DNA of 61,629 nt, counting the filler, from Sphacelaria rigidula (Eukaryota), in assembly GCA_964200075.2 (NCBI GenBank). It is 7 parts of 7 records of this genome, joined end to end, with 100 filler letters (N's around TTAATTAATTAA, not from the genome) between each part and the next. Parts side by side here need not be neighbours in the genome. Positions count along the whole stretch, not along the records: positions 1 to 8,721 come from CAXNAA020010280.1; positions 8,822 to 17,541 come from CAXNAA020010281.1; 5 more parts are not named here. One strand, given 5' to 3'. The notes under the pieces were generated by a model. It searched no databases and was not told where the DNA came from. It saw only the letters and a program-made list of their open reading frames with translations. This document shows, one piece after another, positions 1 to 12,585 of this stretch (within the stretch, counting starts at the first letter, position 1; each line of letters opens with the position of its first letter). A program made the position numbers and the translations under genes.

Positions 1-63
1 GTCGCTCCCAGACTTGTTTATTATTATTTCACTAACACGTCGTGGACGTGGTGTTAGTGAGCT

Positions 64-272
64 TCAGTCCCAAAAGGGTTGAGCAGCCGACTCCCGCCCT
101 TTCGTGTCATCGTAAGCCAGGTCGACTGGTGTCTCGGCTCCCCCGTTCGCCTCCAAGTCTTCCTCGTAGTCTCGGGCCACCCTCGTAAACGGGCTGCTAT
201 CACCAGCGCTGTCACGGGCGTTCACGGCATCCGCCATCGCCTCACTCACGATATTTGTTTTACGACTGTGTT
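64..272 (-). CDS. possible isolated terminal exon, unknown product
   Basis: Acceptor-like gttacag| at 272 on the minus strand, then an open acidic frame HSRKTNIVSEAMADAV...QPFWD* to the stop at 64. No recognisable family; may be transposon-derived. Confidence 0.25.
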
Positions 273-539
273 CTGTAACATTGGTCGTTATGGGGCAGGG
301 TGTCTAGTTCCGTTTCCTGACCCTGAGTTGGACACCAATGCTTTGGGGTGTGTAGCAACTCAGGGTTTATTTGAAAATTTTCAAATTAATCCTGAGTTGT
401 TGCGCACGTCTCTTCTCACAGGTTCAGTTTTCGGGGTTCACCTAGTGGGATTCATCATATCCTGGCCTTAAATCCCAACTTCTACATCCTAACCCTGAGT
501 TTTTCCGGCCGGTTTTTTGTTTCCGAAACTCTCTACGAA

Positions 540-805
540 ATGTTACATTCGAACTTTACACGTGTCAACGTAACGTTATATTGGGAATTAGACGTTACAT
601 GAAAAGTTTCATATCACGTTATATATAACGAAACGTAACGTTGAAAACATTTCACGTGATGAAGGTAACGTGAACGTAACGTGAAATTTTCAAATGAAAC
701 GTCAACGTTACGTGTTCTTTTTTCAACGTGACATATGTAACATAACGTAAACGTTTTTTTTTTTACGTGATGAACGTAACGTGAACGTGGAGGTGTAACG
801 TGTAC
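540..805. repeat. ACGT-rich degenerate short-motif array (acgtaacgt/acgtgaacgt)
   Basis: Dense, irregular repetition of ACGT-core motifs in both orientations. Confidence 0.7.
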
Positions 806-1372
806 AAAAACCCACAAGCGCAAAAGACCGACGCGTTGTGAGTTGCGAGTCCAGTCCTCGTGTCGATGCGGAGGGACTCAGGAACCATTTCCGGGGAGAA
901 GGAGGTGTGGTCTTTGTGGCGTTGGTGAACGGCAAATGGGCGGGAAAAGAGCCGAGTGTTTGGGTGCCATGGTTGGAGTTGGCGCGTGGATTCCCTTGCG
1001 CGCAGTGTGCCGCATCAGGTACAGTGTGGGAAGTGATGGCCTAGGATAGGTACTTTCTGGACGGACTGGTGGCCCAAATAAGGTACAATTGAAAAATAAT
1101 CCCTAGATCAGGTATACTTGGCCGAAATTTGGCCTAGAGAGGGGAAGTGGTTTCTCGAGGCGAGACGTCCTTCTGCGCATGGCCATATCTTGCGAGTAAC
1201 CTGCTTTGTTCTGTTTTTTTTCGAGGCCCGGGTGCGGAGGAGCCCCCCGATTGCAGCGCGTGAAAAATTCGGAGGGAAATCGGCCCACGTTGTGTATTTG
1301 CTGTTTTCGCGTGTCTGGTCAGTTTTCGTACCCTTCTTGGGCAAAATACGAGACGATATACCTTTTCTGGGC

Positions 1373-1759
1373 CATTGCCTTTTGTTTTTGTTCATCTGCG
1401 TCCCCTTTTATGCTCAGGTACATGCGTTTCTTTGTCAAGAGGTGACCGTACCTCGGGCCCCGCAGAAGATACGCCGAACAGTCACAACCATACATTTTTT
1501 TTTGTGAAATTATACAAGCATTTGCGCCGTGCATGCATCGTCGGATATTTAGGGTCTGCGGGGCAATCAGCAGCGGGCTACAATATCTTGGTCGTTGGGT
1601 TTCGGCCTCTTCGGCAGGTGTTATTTCACAAGAACAGTGCGTGGTTGTGACTGTTCGACCTATCTCTTGCGGAACCCGCGGTACGGTCACCACTTGACAA
1701 AAAATGGGTATATTATTGAGCATGAAAGGGTACGCAGATGAACAAAAATGGAAATAATG
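1373..1759. mobile_element. foldback/MITE-like element with long inverted arms
   Basis: Left arm ttttgttcatctgcgtcccctttt...gtgaccgtacc...gaacagtcacaacca is reverse-complemented at 1610-1759 (tggttgtgactgttc...ggtacggtcac...gcagatgaacaaaaa). Confidence 0.75.
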
Positions 1760-1844
1760 TTTTAGCAGAGTCGGCTGTACCCTGCTGTGTTATTGACAAA
1801 AAAAAGGGTGCTCTAACGGATGCCCCCTTTCCGCGCCGGAAGTA

Positions 1845-2190
1845 GCCCGTCGCCCTGGTGGCTCAGCTGGTAAGCTAAAATCCTTCTGACGGTTGGATCG
1901 TGGGTTCGAATTCCGGTGCACACGCAACACTGCACACGATCTGGGATTCTTCCAACACAGTGTCTAACAGTGGAGAGAGACTATGTCGTGGATTCACAAT
2001 TTTCGTCTTTTCGGTCGAGGAGGGAAAGGGACTGCTGAACCCCACTCGCGATAAAAAAAATAGGAAGGTGGGGAACCACAACAAAAGAAGACAGAAAAAA
2101 AACTCCTGTGCTGTCCTTCCTCCTGTGTGACCCCGGCTGATGCGCCCACATAAACCGAAAGGTGTAGACTGGCGTTCAGAATATATGGGA
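1845..2190 (+). mobile_element. tRNA-derived SINE
   Basis: A box TGGCTCAGCTGG (1859-1870) and B box GGTTCGAATTCC (1903-1914). Body and 3' end (cctcctgtgtgaccccggctgatgcgcccac...cagaatatatggga) are shared with the copy at 18340-18660. Confidence 0.75.
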
Positions 2191-3184
2191 AGACAAGGCA
2201 CAACGAAGCACAGTTGAGCCTATCGACATGTATCACGAAGAAAAAATAAGTCGAGCATGCTGCCCAGGCACCTTGGGGGTGAGGTTGAGACTCGGGAACG
2301 TGTTTTCGAGGCACTCAGCCCGCGTGAAGCGCCGCGCCCACAACCGAAAAGTGCGCTGCCCCGTTTTGTAAAAAAAAACACAGGGTACTCGTACCTTTTT
2401 GATGTATTCCCTTTAACAGTTACGGGCGGCGGGGTTCATAGCCGTGAACGGCGTGTTGGGAGACGCGTGAACCCGCGGCCCCGCGTGTGGCTTGTGCGGT
2501 CGCACACGCGCTATCCTTTCTGATTGATACTAGTCAAACCATTCGCAGTACCCGTACCATTCCGCAATACCCGGTTCAAAGATGGCCATGGAGAGTTTGC
2601 TCTGCGACTTAAAAATCTTGATAAAATTCACCTCCCCACATGGTTGATATTACTTGATTTGAGTGTGGACACGAGGTTCGGATCTTCAGTCGGCTGACAG
2701 TCCCAAGTGCTTCTCTCGTGTGCAGAACGCATTATTTTGGTGTCTGCTCACACACACTTTACCTGGAGAAACCTTGCATCTCCCTTGCCAGAGGGTTTTC
2801 GCTATGCCTTGGGTGGGGATCAGAGCTAGAGTAAGGGGTAGAGTTACTTCTAAAACATATGAATCATGAGTAGAGTGTAGCCGAACTGGGAAAACCCCAC
2901 CTCATCAGCGGACGAAAACTCTGAACAAGTAGCGTGGACACACACAGGCGAACCGACGACCTTTGTTTCTGAAGACATTACAAAGGGGGTAGTCTCCGCG
3001 AGGTTTCACGAAAAATTCAGCTTCCAGCAACGAGGCACTTGTCTTGGTGAGCCATGCAAAAGACAAGGCCAATAACATCGACAACCGATTCATGAAGTCA
3101 TGGGTGGTCACTGAAGGTCGACAGCTCGTTAAGACCATACACATGGTGAAATAATGTTCCGATATTTTGAGTGTCCTGACTCAC

Positions 3185-3289
3185 CGGACCTCCACCTTGT
3201 TCCATCGCATTACACTGAAGGATCGTACTGCCACGGCAGAATTCCTCCACATAGGCCCGTGCCGTCTCCACCTCCGGCAGTTCAGGCAT
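3185..3289 (-). CDS. FPG: formamidopyrimidine-DNA glycosylase (Fpg/MutM), first coding exon only
   Basis: Begins MPELPEVE, the diagnostic Fpg/Nei N-terminus with catalytic Pro2/Glu3. Ends EQGGGP|gtgagt donor at 3184. Downstream exons were not found in this contig. Confidence 0.85.
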
Positions 3290-4152
3290 ATCACGCGTTA
3301 TGTATCAGTACGACACCCTAATCAGTCGGTGAATCTCCGAATCTGCCAATGTAGACTGGGCAGGCGAAGACAAGATATCCCTCTGTCGACAAGATATCCT
3401 TCTGCTGTCATGTTCCTGCGCAGTGAGATATTTGTTAGTGGGCCATGAGTACCCGCAGTCATGAAGAGGCTTGCGGAGTTGAGATATTATCTCTGGCACG
3501 AAACTTGCCGCTGTAGTTCAGGATATCGTTCTTTACTGCACTTCACTTCCTGCATTGGTCACGTTTACTGTTGTTGATGGTAGTATGATGCATGCGTACC
3601 GGTGGTGCATTTTGTAATTTTCATCATACAAGTGCGCCAAAATCAATGAGAACGATCCATGAATCAGGTGTACCCCTATAACCAGTGTCTTGATCGTCCT
3701 TCTTGTGGTCAAGAAAATAGGTTTCACGCTACAGCCAACAAATATCACGGGAGTATTGCTATATTGCCATATCTTTCGGTCATAGCTGAGGAGGGGAAAC
3801 ATCTGTTTATAACAATAGGGAATGTAAACCATGGTGAATGACCAAAGGGCGAAGGCCTTCGCTGCTTGTGTCATTTACCATGGATGGAGTGTAAATAAGG
3901 GTGCTGCTGAGCCTGGAGCCAGGAGCTGGATGGAATTACGCATGGTTGCAGCCGCTCCGTCGCAGAATACATCAAAACTCGTTTCAGTGCAGATAGTGCT
4001 ATTACTCGAGTGTTTTCTAGTCGGCAGAGTCTCGTTGCGTGCCTTCAGCGTGTCGAAAATCTTTGTCGATGCTGCACAGCGCACAGTAGGGTATAATACT
4101 AGGTGTATCGTCTGCGGTTCAAAATTCAAATTGTGAGACCAAGTTTGAGGCA

Positions 4153-7100
4153 ATGGCCTCCTACTCCATGGCGATGACGCCAGACCCTCCGAGCTTGTGT
4201 ACCATGCTGAGGCAGACGGGACAGCGCAAGACCATCGCGAATGCCTTGACCCAAGTGACTGCTCTCTCTTGCTCTGCTGAAGGGCTCAGGTTGAGAGGCC
4301 AGATTGCGGCGATTGGGTGAGGATGTCGATACAGGCCAAAGGGTATGACTCTAGCTGCTAGAGTCATACCCTTTGATACAGGCTGATCTCACTTTACACG
4401 AGTACTTCAGCAAGACTTTAGACCAAAGGAAAGTGTCGCCAGCGCGAAGACAGGAGCAAAAAGTAACAAACAGGTTTCCCGTAACCGCGTAGTAAAGCTG
4501 GAGTGTGCCGTGCGCTCTGATCGGGCATCCAGCTGCCGCCGTCATATCGAACAATCCCTGGACACCAAATACAGCCCGGTGGCGGTACCCGCTGGTGGCG
4601 ATTTGGTACAAAAATCAAGATGCATGGTTTTTTGTCCGATTACCGCAGGACTGGCGGACCTGTGTAATAGCTGACATTGAGGCTAGAACAACGACTCATC
4701 GTCATTCGAGAACTACAAACTGTTGAGGGAAATATCTACAAAAAGTGTGTCGGGTTTGCGTTCATTATTGAGATTTGCATATGTTGGATTTTTCGCTTAA
4801 GGTTTGAGAGTGAGGGTCTGAATTTTGAGGAGAGGACCAAATCGTTATTTTTCACGTCACCCTTGACGTAGTCAACATATATACTCGTATATGAATGTCT
4901 TTGTCCGAAAATAAGGGCAGATATTTTCCCCGTAATTCAGTAGAATAGACTTGACTCTAAAAAAGAGAGGCAGAACTTGTTCGAAAATTGCTTCGCAAAT
5001 ACCGATTTGCATCTCTCCTCAAAATCGCAGGTCCTAACTCTCAATCTTCGAGCGAAAAACCCGGGGTCGCGCTTTTTGGTCTCAAGTAGTGGGACCAGCC
5101 TGTACAAGATATATATATATGATGCTTATGGGCATACGTCTCACCATCTCCTATAGCTGTCATCCCACTCGTGTTCGTGGGCGTCTACAACGGAATGCGG
5201 CGGTGACGTTACAGTGAAGACGCTGCTGTTGACCCTATACATTGCCGCGTGTCCCCATTATGAGAGTAGTTCCCTGCGAATTAGGGTGCTCTTATCGTGT
5301 GCGAATAATAATCGCCAACCTCAGTTTACTCACATTGCGCGGTAGCACTAGCCAGGTACGATCCAGTGGAGGCTCCTTTCCCTTGCACGTGGTATGTGTT
5401 TTTACCGTACTGTGTAGTTCATAGGTGCATCAGAAAAAAGTAATGCATCCGTTCATTAGATCACGCTCGCAAAGCATCCCCAACATTCAACATTCCATGT
5501 CGTGTGTATGTTGTGTTGTCATCTCATCTATCCTGCACGCCAGTCGACACCTTTCGATACGTGCGCGCATCAGCCGGGGTACAACCGAGAGAAGCTACAT
5601 ACCACCATGATACCCGCATTGCCAGTTATACTGTACTGTACATGATGACCCACCACCACTTGACCGTCCCCACTTCGTCGTCGCGGCATGTGCGCTCCCG
5701 ATCAATGTACTGTGAAAGAGGGCTTGAGTCGATAGAAGCTATCGTCATCTCGTCTGACGATGACGTACGTCTACAGTGCAAGGCCGCCAGCGCCCTTGGT
5801 TCTTTGTGCAACTCGGCTGAGGTGGCTAGGCGCTTCATCTCCAACGCAAGGAGTACCGCGGTCATGGAAAAGTAAGTCGTTGATGTCACTTCATATATGT
5901 ATGACACGGCGGTAAAGATTCTGAACGTAAACCCTGCAGAAATATGAAGGAACTACGATACATGGTCACATCTGGCGGATAGCTGCCATTTCACCATTTT
6001 CTGGACAAGGTGTGCCCGGCGTGCGACGCCCGACTTGAACACGCACGTGCTGACATATAGTATCCACTGCGCCATGTTTGGGCCCAATCAGCTTCACACT
6101 TCTTGGGTAACATCCGCCACCCTATATTTTAGTCTACCTAGAACCAGAAAAGTAATTATAAGCGATCCGACCTGATGACGTTTAGGCCCCCGCTCTTTTT
6201 TCGCAGGCTTGGTGGTATGCTGAGATCGCCCAATGCATGGGCGCAGGCGGACGCTGTGGGATGCCTAGGGTGGCTCGTGGGGAATGGCATGACCTCCGAC
6301 GCGCTTCATGAGCTGGTTCCCATCGTGACGCGTCTGCTGGGTAAGCACAACGAGTGTCCTCCGCTCCTGTCGAAGGATGGGAAAAGAGGAAGTAGGGCGA
6401 CGAGCGCCGTTGGAAACGGGAAAGGAGGGGCGGGCTACAGGCGGGAAAAGGTTGGCGAGGTGGAAAGACGACAAGAAGTTGCGCAGGAGCAGATGGATAA
6501 CCTTCGCGTCTACACGTTAATATTTCTTCTCAAGGTGCGCACGGGCTGCTCGAGAGTGTTGTGATTTTTTTGTCCATTTGCCCCCCTGTCGTCTGCAAGC
6601 ACTTGGCAATCGCGGCTCTAAGCGCTCCGTACCTCCGTCGATCAAAACCATGCTACGTCCTGTCGCCGTTCCCTGAGCAAAATTTAGCAATACGATGACT
6701 GTCGATCGAGGATTCTAGTTTCAAACTGCTGCTCACAAGCTGCACACGGATGTTTTCCTAGTTCCAAAACGCGAGAAAGAGCACGCAAAAAGAGCATGCG
6801 CGAAGTGCTGAACACAACGAAACATGAATTTATTTTGTCCTCTCCTTGTGTTTTATTCCACATCTCAACATGTGTATTTGCACGCACATAGGCCACAAGC
6901 GCGGATCCTTCGACCATGCCAGTGATGCTGGCCAACGAGGCCCTTGACAACCTGTTGGAGATTCTTTCGACTGCGTGCGTTGATCGTCCTACGCACAAAA
7001 ATCCAGACCCTAATGGTCGCGCGACCGCAAGAAGCGGGGGAGCACAGGGCGAGCACACGGTAGACGAGCAGGACCCTTCTCTCGTGTTATGCGCAAAACT

Positions 7101-7997
7101 GCTCGGCGCGTTCTCGTTGGAGCCTACGTGTGGGTGCGTTTCGTTGTGTTACAGTTGCCCGTTGTTCCCCCGACCTGCGGCGTTTAAGTCGAGGCAGAAC
7201 ACCTACGTTTGTCCCCATAATCCGCACATGCTCCCTTCATTGCATGGAAGATTACATGAATTTGGGTTCTCGGTTGATCGGGGGAGACATCTTCACCAGG
7301 GCTGAATCACGGTGCTGCCCACGAGCTTCGAAAAGCTCAAGGGCAGGGTGTACATTCCCGAAATGACTCGGTAGGGTTGAGACTGGCAAGTCCGTCATGT
7401 TTGACGTGGTGAGATTTTGCTGAAAAGTTTTGTGTTTCCATTGAAACATCCCGGTGCTTGTTGATGCCCTTTCCTCGGCCGTGACATGTTCCAGGGCTTT
7501 CCTTCTCAAGGCGAAATGCGTGCCGAAGCTGTTGTCCTTCCGGAAACGGTTAAGGCAACATCGTAAAATTTCTTCCGAAACATCTGGGGTGGTAGGGCAA
7601 CATCAACGCCACCACGATGATGACCACACGTGCGGCTCACCGGTCGAACATGAGCCTCCACGATCTACGAACGTATCTAAGAACCTTATGAAACCGTCAG
7701 CTGCTTCCACGAAGCCCATCGATTCGTCGGGATGTGCAATTCATAAGGGTAGTGGAACGAGCGCCGTCAGTGGAAGTATTGCGGTAGGACGAAAAAATAT
7801 GACTGTAAAGGATCAATCGGCAGAGGGAGGAGATTGCGGCACTGGAAAGTCAACCTGTGATGGCAGCGACCGTGGCCGCAATGGGGACGACAGGGATAGG
7901 GAACAAGAGTACACTTCACTGCAGGAGCTACAGCAGCCAGAGCTGGATGAATTATTAACGTTTGCTGTCGAGCAAGTCTTGTCTTGGGGGATGACAA
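4153..7997 (+). CDS. ARM/HEAT-repeat-like protein, 5' part (multi-exon, runs off contig)
   Basis: Phase-compatible GT-AG exons 4153-4289, 5719-5871, 6207-6534, 6892-7133 and 7495-7997. Helical-repeat-like segments VRLQCKAASALGSLC, AQADAVGCLGWL, LDNLLEIL, VLCAKLLGAFS. Exon 1 and the exon 2 acceptor are less certain. Confidence 0.65.
4786..5064. mobile_element. MITE-like inverted repeat in intron
   Basis: ggatttttcgcttaaggtttgagagt...ttttgaggagaggaccaaatcg (4786-4850) pairs with cgatttgcatctctcctcaaaa...ctctcaatcttcgagcgaaaaacccgg (4997-5064). Confidence 0.65.
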
Positions 7998-8612
7998 GTA
8001 AGAAAAAAGGTGACCAGCAGCTATCGAGAGCCGCTGTTTAATTTTTTTGTTGGTAAATAGTGATTTTCAGCTGAGTCAGCGAAGTCCTCATAGTTTCCAG
8101 TAGTTCAGGTAAATTATGCACTTCACAATACTTTCAACTGCTCGTTTCGTGCCCAACGTCTAGATAGACCATATCCTTGTCTAGTTCGTTCGGATGAACG
8201 GGCGATGTTCAGCTGTTTGGATGTACTCCTCGAAGTATCCAGCAACTCTAGGTGAAGATACACTTCAGAAAATTGCATTCGTGATTGCCCAGTATCAATA
8301 AAACTAGTCGTATACTGTCGTGTTTTTTTACGGGATTGACCTGCGGTTAGCGCTAGGGACATACTGCTGGCGCCTGCGCTTCGGCTTTTGAGGCTACCTG
8401 TACAGTACCTAAAATTTCGGAACACTTGTTTCGGTCTGATCGGCCCATGCCGTGGAACCGACTGATGTTTCCCTCTCAATGATGACTGAAGCCCCTCGTA
8501 ACCACAGCGTTTCGCATTCGGATTAACGTTGATGAGGCTCGTGCGGCTGCGATGTCATATCACCATTCTTGTGTCACGCAGTACCAACTGCGTCTTTAGA
8601 GTCATGGTCATG

Positions 8613-8721
8613 CTACGATGGGGGGGTGGGGGGGGGGCGTACTCATTCGTTGCTTGCCTCAGTCGTTTGACCATTGACCACGCATCCCGTTCGAGACAGA
8701 AAGGAAGAGCGGCGTGAGGGG
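8613..8721 (+). repeat. high-copy interspersed repeat (CTACGAT-polyG-GTACTC...CCACGCATCCC family) at contig end
   Basis: Near-identical to 51070-51155 and 61557-61625. Related variants at 17490-17541, 26282-26360 and 56608-56640. Confidence 0.75.
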
Positions 8722-8821
8722 NNNNNNNNNNNNNNNNNNNNNNNNNNNNNNNNNNNNNNNNNNNNTTAATTAATTAANNNNNNNNNNNNNNNNNNNNNNN
8801 NNNNNNNNNNNNNNNNNNNNN
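8722..8821. other. artificial contig spacer
   Basis: N44-TTAATTAATTAA-N44 (stops in all six frames). Confidence 0.99.
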
Positions 8822-8882
8822 CTCGTCAGGTTGTTTTTTGGTGTCGCCCGCCGTCCGCCGCGCGGGTCCGGGGTCGGGGGGG

Positions 8883-8926
<44 letters not shown>

Positions 8927-8939
8927 CCTCGGGAAGTGA

Positions 8940-11900
8940 ACCCGATACCGCAGTGCGAGAACCTGTACTTGGATGACGCTATCGCCTTCGATGCCTCCCC
9001 TGTTGCGCATGTACGCACTTTACGAGAGTTTCTTTCTCGCCTACCGACGCACGATTTGAAACTGTCTCCATCCGAAGCTCACCTTAGCGCGGCTGAATTG
9101 GATTTCCTGGGACATTCAATTTTACCGGCGGGCTTACACCCGGAGACCAACAAATTCAGAGCAATGACTGAATTGCCGATGCCCACGAACATCACTCAGC
9201 TCTGCTCATTATTGGGTGGACTGCCCTACTATTGAAAACGTTTGCCTAACCTGTCCAAACGGATTCGCCCCATTACGGACTTGCTTTGAAAAAAGCGGCG
9301 CGTTTGTCTTCACCAAAGGCATGGAAGCTATCGTTCGCGATTTGCTGAAAACACTTACGGAGGAACCGGTTCTCTGTTTCCCAGACTGGGAGGCGGTGCA
9401 AGATGGCTCCCGCCTCTTTCAAATGCAGACAGACGCCAGCACCGATGGGTTCGGCGCGGTTTTGAATCAACCTTAACTCGATGACTCTGTTCGACCCATC
9501 CTCCATATCAGCCGCGCCACCCTGCCAAACAAGGCCAGCTGGAGCCCCCTGGAGTTGGAAGGCGGGGTCATCACGTGGGCCATCAAGCGCCTTCGACAAT
9601 ATCTGTTCCACGTGCCCAAATCTACACGGATCACGGAACAGTTATACAACTCGCCAAGGTTGGCGAACACAACTCGCGTGTGCAACGCTGGTTGGAGTTC
9701 CTGACAGCTTATCAGTATCCTGTCAAACACCGCCCAGGCGAAACCAATGGGAATGCTGACCTTCTCTCCCACCTGCTCCTTCCTCCAACGGTCGTAAATT
9801 TCTGCCTAGCTTGTCGACGAACTGAACCCGATGAACCAGGCGTGTACCCTATCCGGCGTTTCTCCACCCCCATTTACGCCGTTGACATTTATGCACAAGG
9901 GCGGCCCTCGCCCCTTACCGTATGATGCAGTCTTGGGTGGGCTGAAGTCCACAGATGCCGATTTCGTCGATTTCCGCACTATCGGCACTCGCGTAAATAC
10001 TTCAGTTCCGCCACCTCCAGCTGTCCATCTCATATCCGACAATACGCGCTCTCGGTCTTCCGCCCGCGCCAACCCTCCCCGCGCACCGCCGCCACCGACA
10101 ATACCTACTGCTCCTACGAGCAACGTAGCACCGGCTCCCCGCGACGTCGAACCACGAGCCTTGGCACCACCCGCCACGCGCAATTCTCGCAACAAGCGCC
10201 AAGCACGCTCCCCGGCGCGTACTACTTCGACAACGCCGCCCTCCGCGGCACTGCCACTGCCCGCTCCTTCTGATGATCCCGATGTACATATCGACATTGG
10301 CACCTCCGCCCCGTCGCCTGTTCCACCGCTCCCTGAGCCGCCATGCCTGGTCGGCTCTCCGGCGGAAGGCAAACTGCGCGAGTTCCTCGCCAGTTACTCC
10401 CATCGTGATTGAGCTCGTGAACAACACGCAGAACCATTATGCCGCGCAACCATGCGGTACCTCCATGCTGGCTGCCCTGCGTCTATCCCGCCCGATGTTC
10501 TGGCTCCCGTTGGTACAATGCCACTACCAAACGCCTCTGAGGTGCACGAACTCGCACGTAAAGGTACTATGTTCACAACTGATGACGGTATTCAACTGCT
10601 TGTCCGCCGCTCTACGCCCCAGCCGGGTATAACTTCACGCGCGACCACTGGACGTCACGCACGCCTACTCGATAATAGACCCACTCCATCTATGTCCCAT
10701 TTGTGATGAGATCGTGGGTACAAAAAAGCTGCCACACTGACCTGCCTTGCCACCATGGTGTCACGCGCACATTAGCGTCGCTCGAACGTTTCTATTGGTG
10801 GATCGGTACGAAAGTGTCCACCCACTTCTGGATTCGGCGATGCTTCAAGTGTCAAGCTCGCAAAACCTCACAGCAGACAATATGTTTGCCAGTCATTTCA
10901 ATGGCACTTCCCAACGCTCCTGGTGATCTCGTGTCTTTCGACTATTTCGGTCTTTTACCGATCGCTGACCGTGGCAACACCTACTTCCTCTTCACCGACC
11001 GCTTCAGCCGTCATGCGTCCGTGACGCAGTCACCGCTAGAGACTTCATAGCAGCAGGCACAGTTAACGTCTTAGTTCACGACTATATTAAGCACTATGGT
11101 TGTCCGAAACGACTTCTCTCCGACAATGGTCAGCAATTTTGCTCCGATCTCTCGGACGAACTGTATAGTTTCCTGTGCATTCGCAAGATAGCCGAGAGCG
11201 CTTACCACCCTAATGGTAACGGTGGTGCTGAGAGAGTAAACCGCACCATGGCCCAGATGCCATCTATGGTAGTCAGCGATCGTCAAAAGCATTGGGATCT
11301 CTATCTTTCACATGCCATGCTGTCTTATAACAACTCGATCAACGCTGCTACCGGTCTTTCTCCGAACGAGTTACATCTCGGTCGCTGCCCCCGTCTGTCC
11401 ATCACCACGTTTAAAAGACACACCTTCGATGGCCGCCAAGGCTTGGGTCAGGATCAGATGCCCTACCATGACCTGGAGCGTGCACGCCAGCGCAAAGTTT
11501 TCATTCTCGTGCGTGAACAACACGCTATCAACGCTTTGCGCATTGAGAGATCTAACAATACTATCTACAACTTGATATACAAACGCCCTACTTGGAAAGT
11601 TGGCGAGTGGGTCTGGGTTGACAAAAGCTTGTCGATCATCCGCCAACGCACCGACAGAACCGCCAAAGAGACAGTCTTTAAGACTAAGTTATCACTTAAA
11701 TGAACAGGAGCATTCAAGATTTTGACCGTAGGGCCCTCGCCATCGTCACCTGATGGTAAGCCTGTTGGTGACAAACTTCTTTATCTCGATCTCCCTCGCG
11801 ATATTCAGGGACATGACGCCAAGTCTCGCGTCTCTGTGCACCGTTGCAAACCTTGCACAAACCCGCATGACACTAGCGACATGTCCAAATATCTGCCTGC

Positions 11901-12585
11901 CGGTCTTACGCATTACGTGCTTAACAGCCACTCGACCAAGTCACCGCCTTACCACGTTACTACTGAGGATGTGACGGAACAACCCCTTCGCCTAGCTGTG
12001 TCCCATACCTCTGGTCCCCAGATCACTCGCGGTCGAGGAGGTAAAATTACTATCAAGTACAAAACTCATTGGCAAAGCCTTCGGAGAGCGTCCGGGGAAA
12101 GTGAATCCGACCTTCAGTTGCATCGCCGAGCTATTCCCCTGTATTGGACACAACCTCAGCAGCAATATCTCGCTAACAACACGAAATGTCGCAACATGCG
12201 CCGCGGCGCCGCAGTCCGCGAACTTCACTGTGACAAAGGTTTGCGCTTTGTCGCCGAGGGATATGAATTGGTACCCACTAAGCATTGGGAAGCAAATATC
12301 CGCGCAAAACAGGGAGTTCTTCCCAAAGGCACGTATCTATGGTACAAAGGCAGAGAAAACCTCTGGTGGCGGGACCAGACCCACTCCGCCAACCTGAACG
12401 CGACGCACACATCCATAGTGCGCTTCATCGATAACCCCGGATCCGTGCGCGCCCAGAGCTATATACCACCAGTCCATCCGCACCACGAGGATCTTGGTGT
12501 CTCTAAAGATACTCAAGTTAAAAGCCTCCGCCGCGGAATCCAAGGTAGTACCGATCGCACACATGGTATCAACGCACTTCTTTGA
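8940..12585 (+). mobile_element. degenerate Ty3/Gypsy LTR retrotransposon pol (RT-RNaseH-integrase, chromodomain-like tail)
   Basis: RT YLDD and LDFLGH. RNase H QTDASTDGFGAVL, WSPLELE and YTDH. Integrase HHCC (CH..HHGVTRT..YWW..CFKC) and core DYFG, SDNGQQF, YHPNGNGGAERVNRT. RT-RH-INT order indicates Gypsy. Many frameshifts and stops; LTRs not delimited. Confidence 0.93.

Noticed and set aside
1851-1925. tRNA gene (also 14350-14418, 18345-18415, 26461-26530, 46852-46923)
   Set aside because: A/B boxes are present but no clean cloverleaf or acceptor stem forms, and each is a dispersed repeat or runs into a shared repeat body, so these are SINE heads.
8875-8925. poly-G tract as a G-quadruplex or Gly-rich domain
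   Set aside because: Pure homopolymer near a contig start; may be a sequencing or assembly artefact.
9806-10427. long antisense ORFs
   Set aside because: Shadow frames of the GC-rich Pro/Ala linker in the Gypsy pol.
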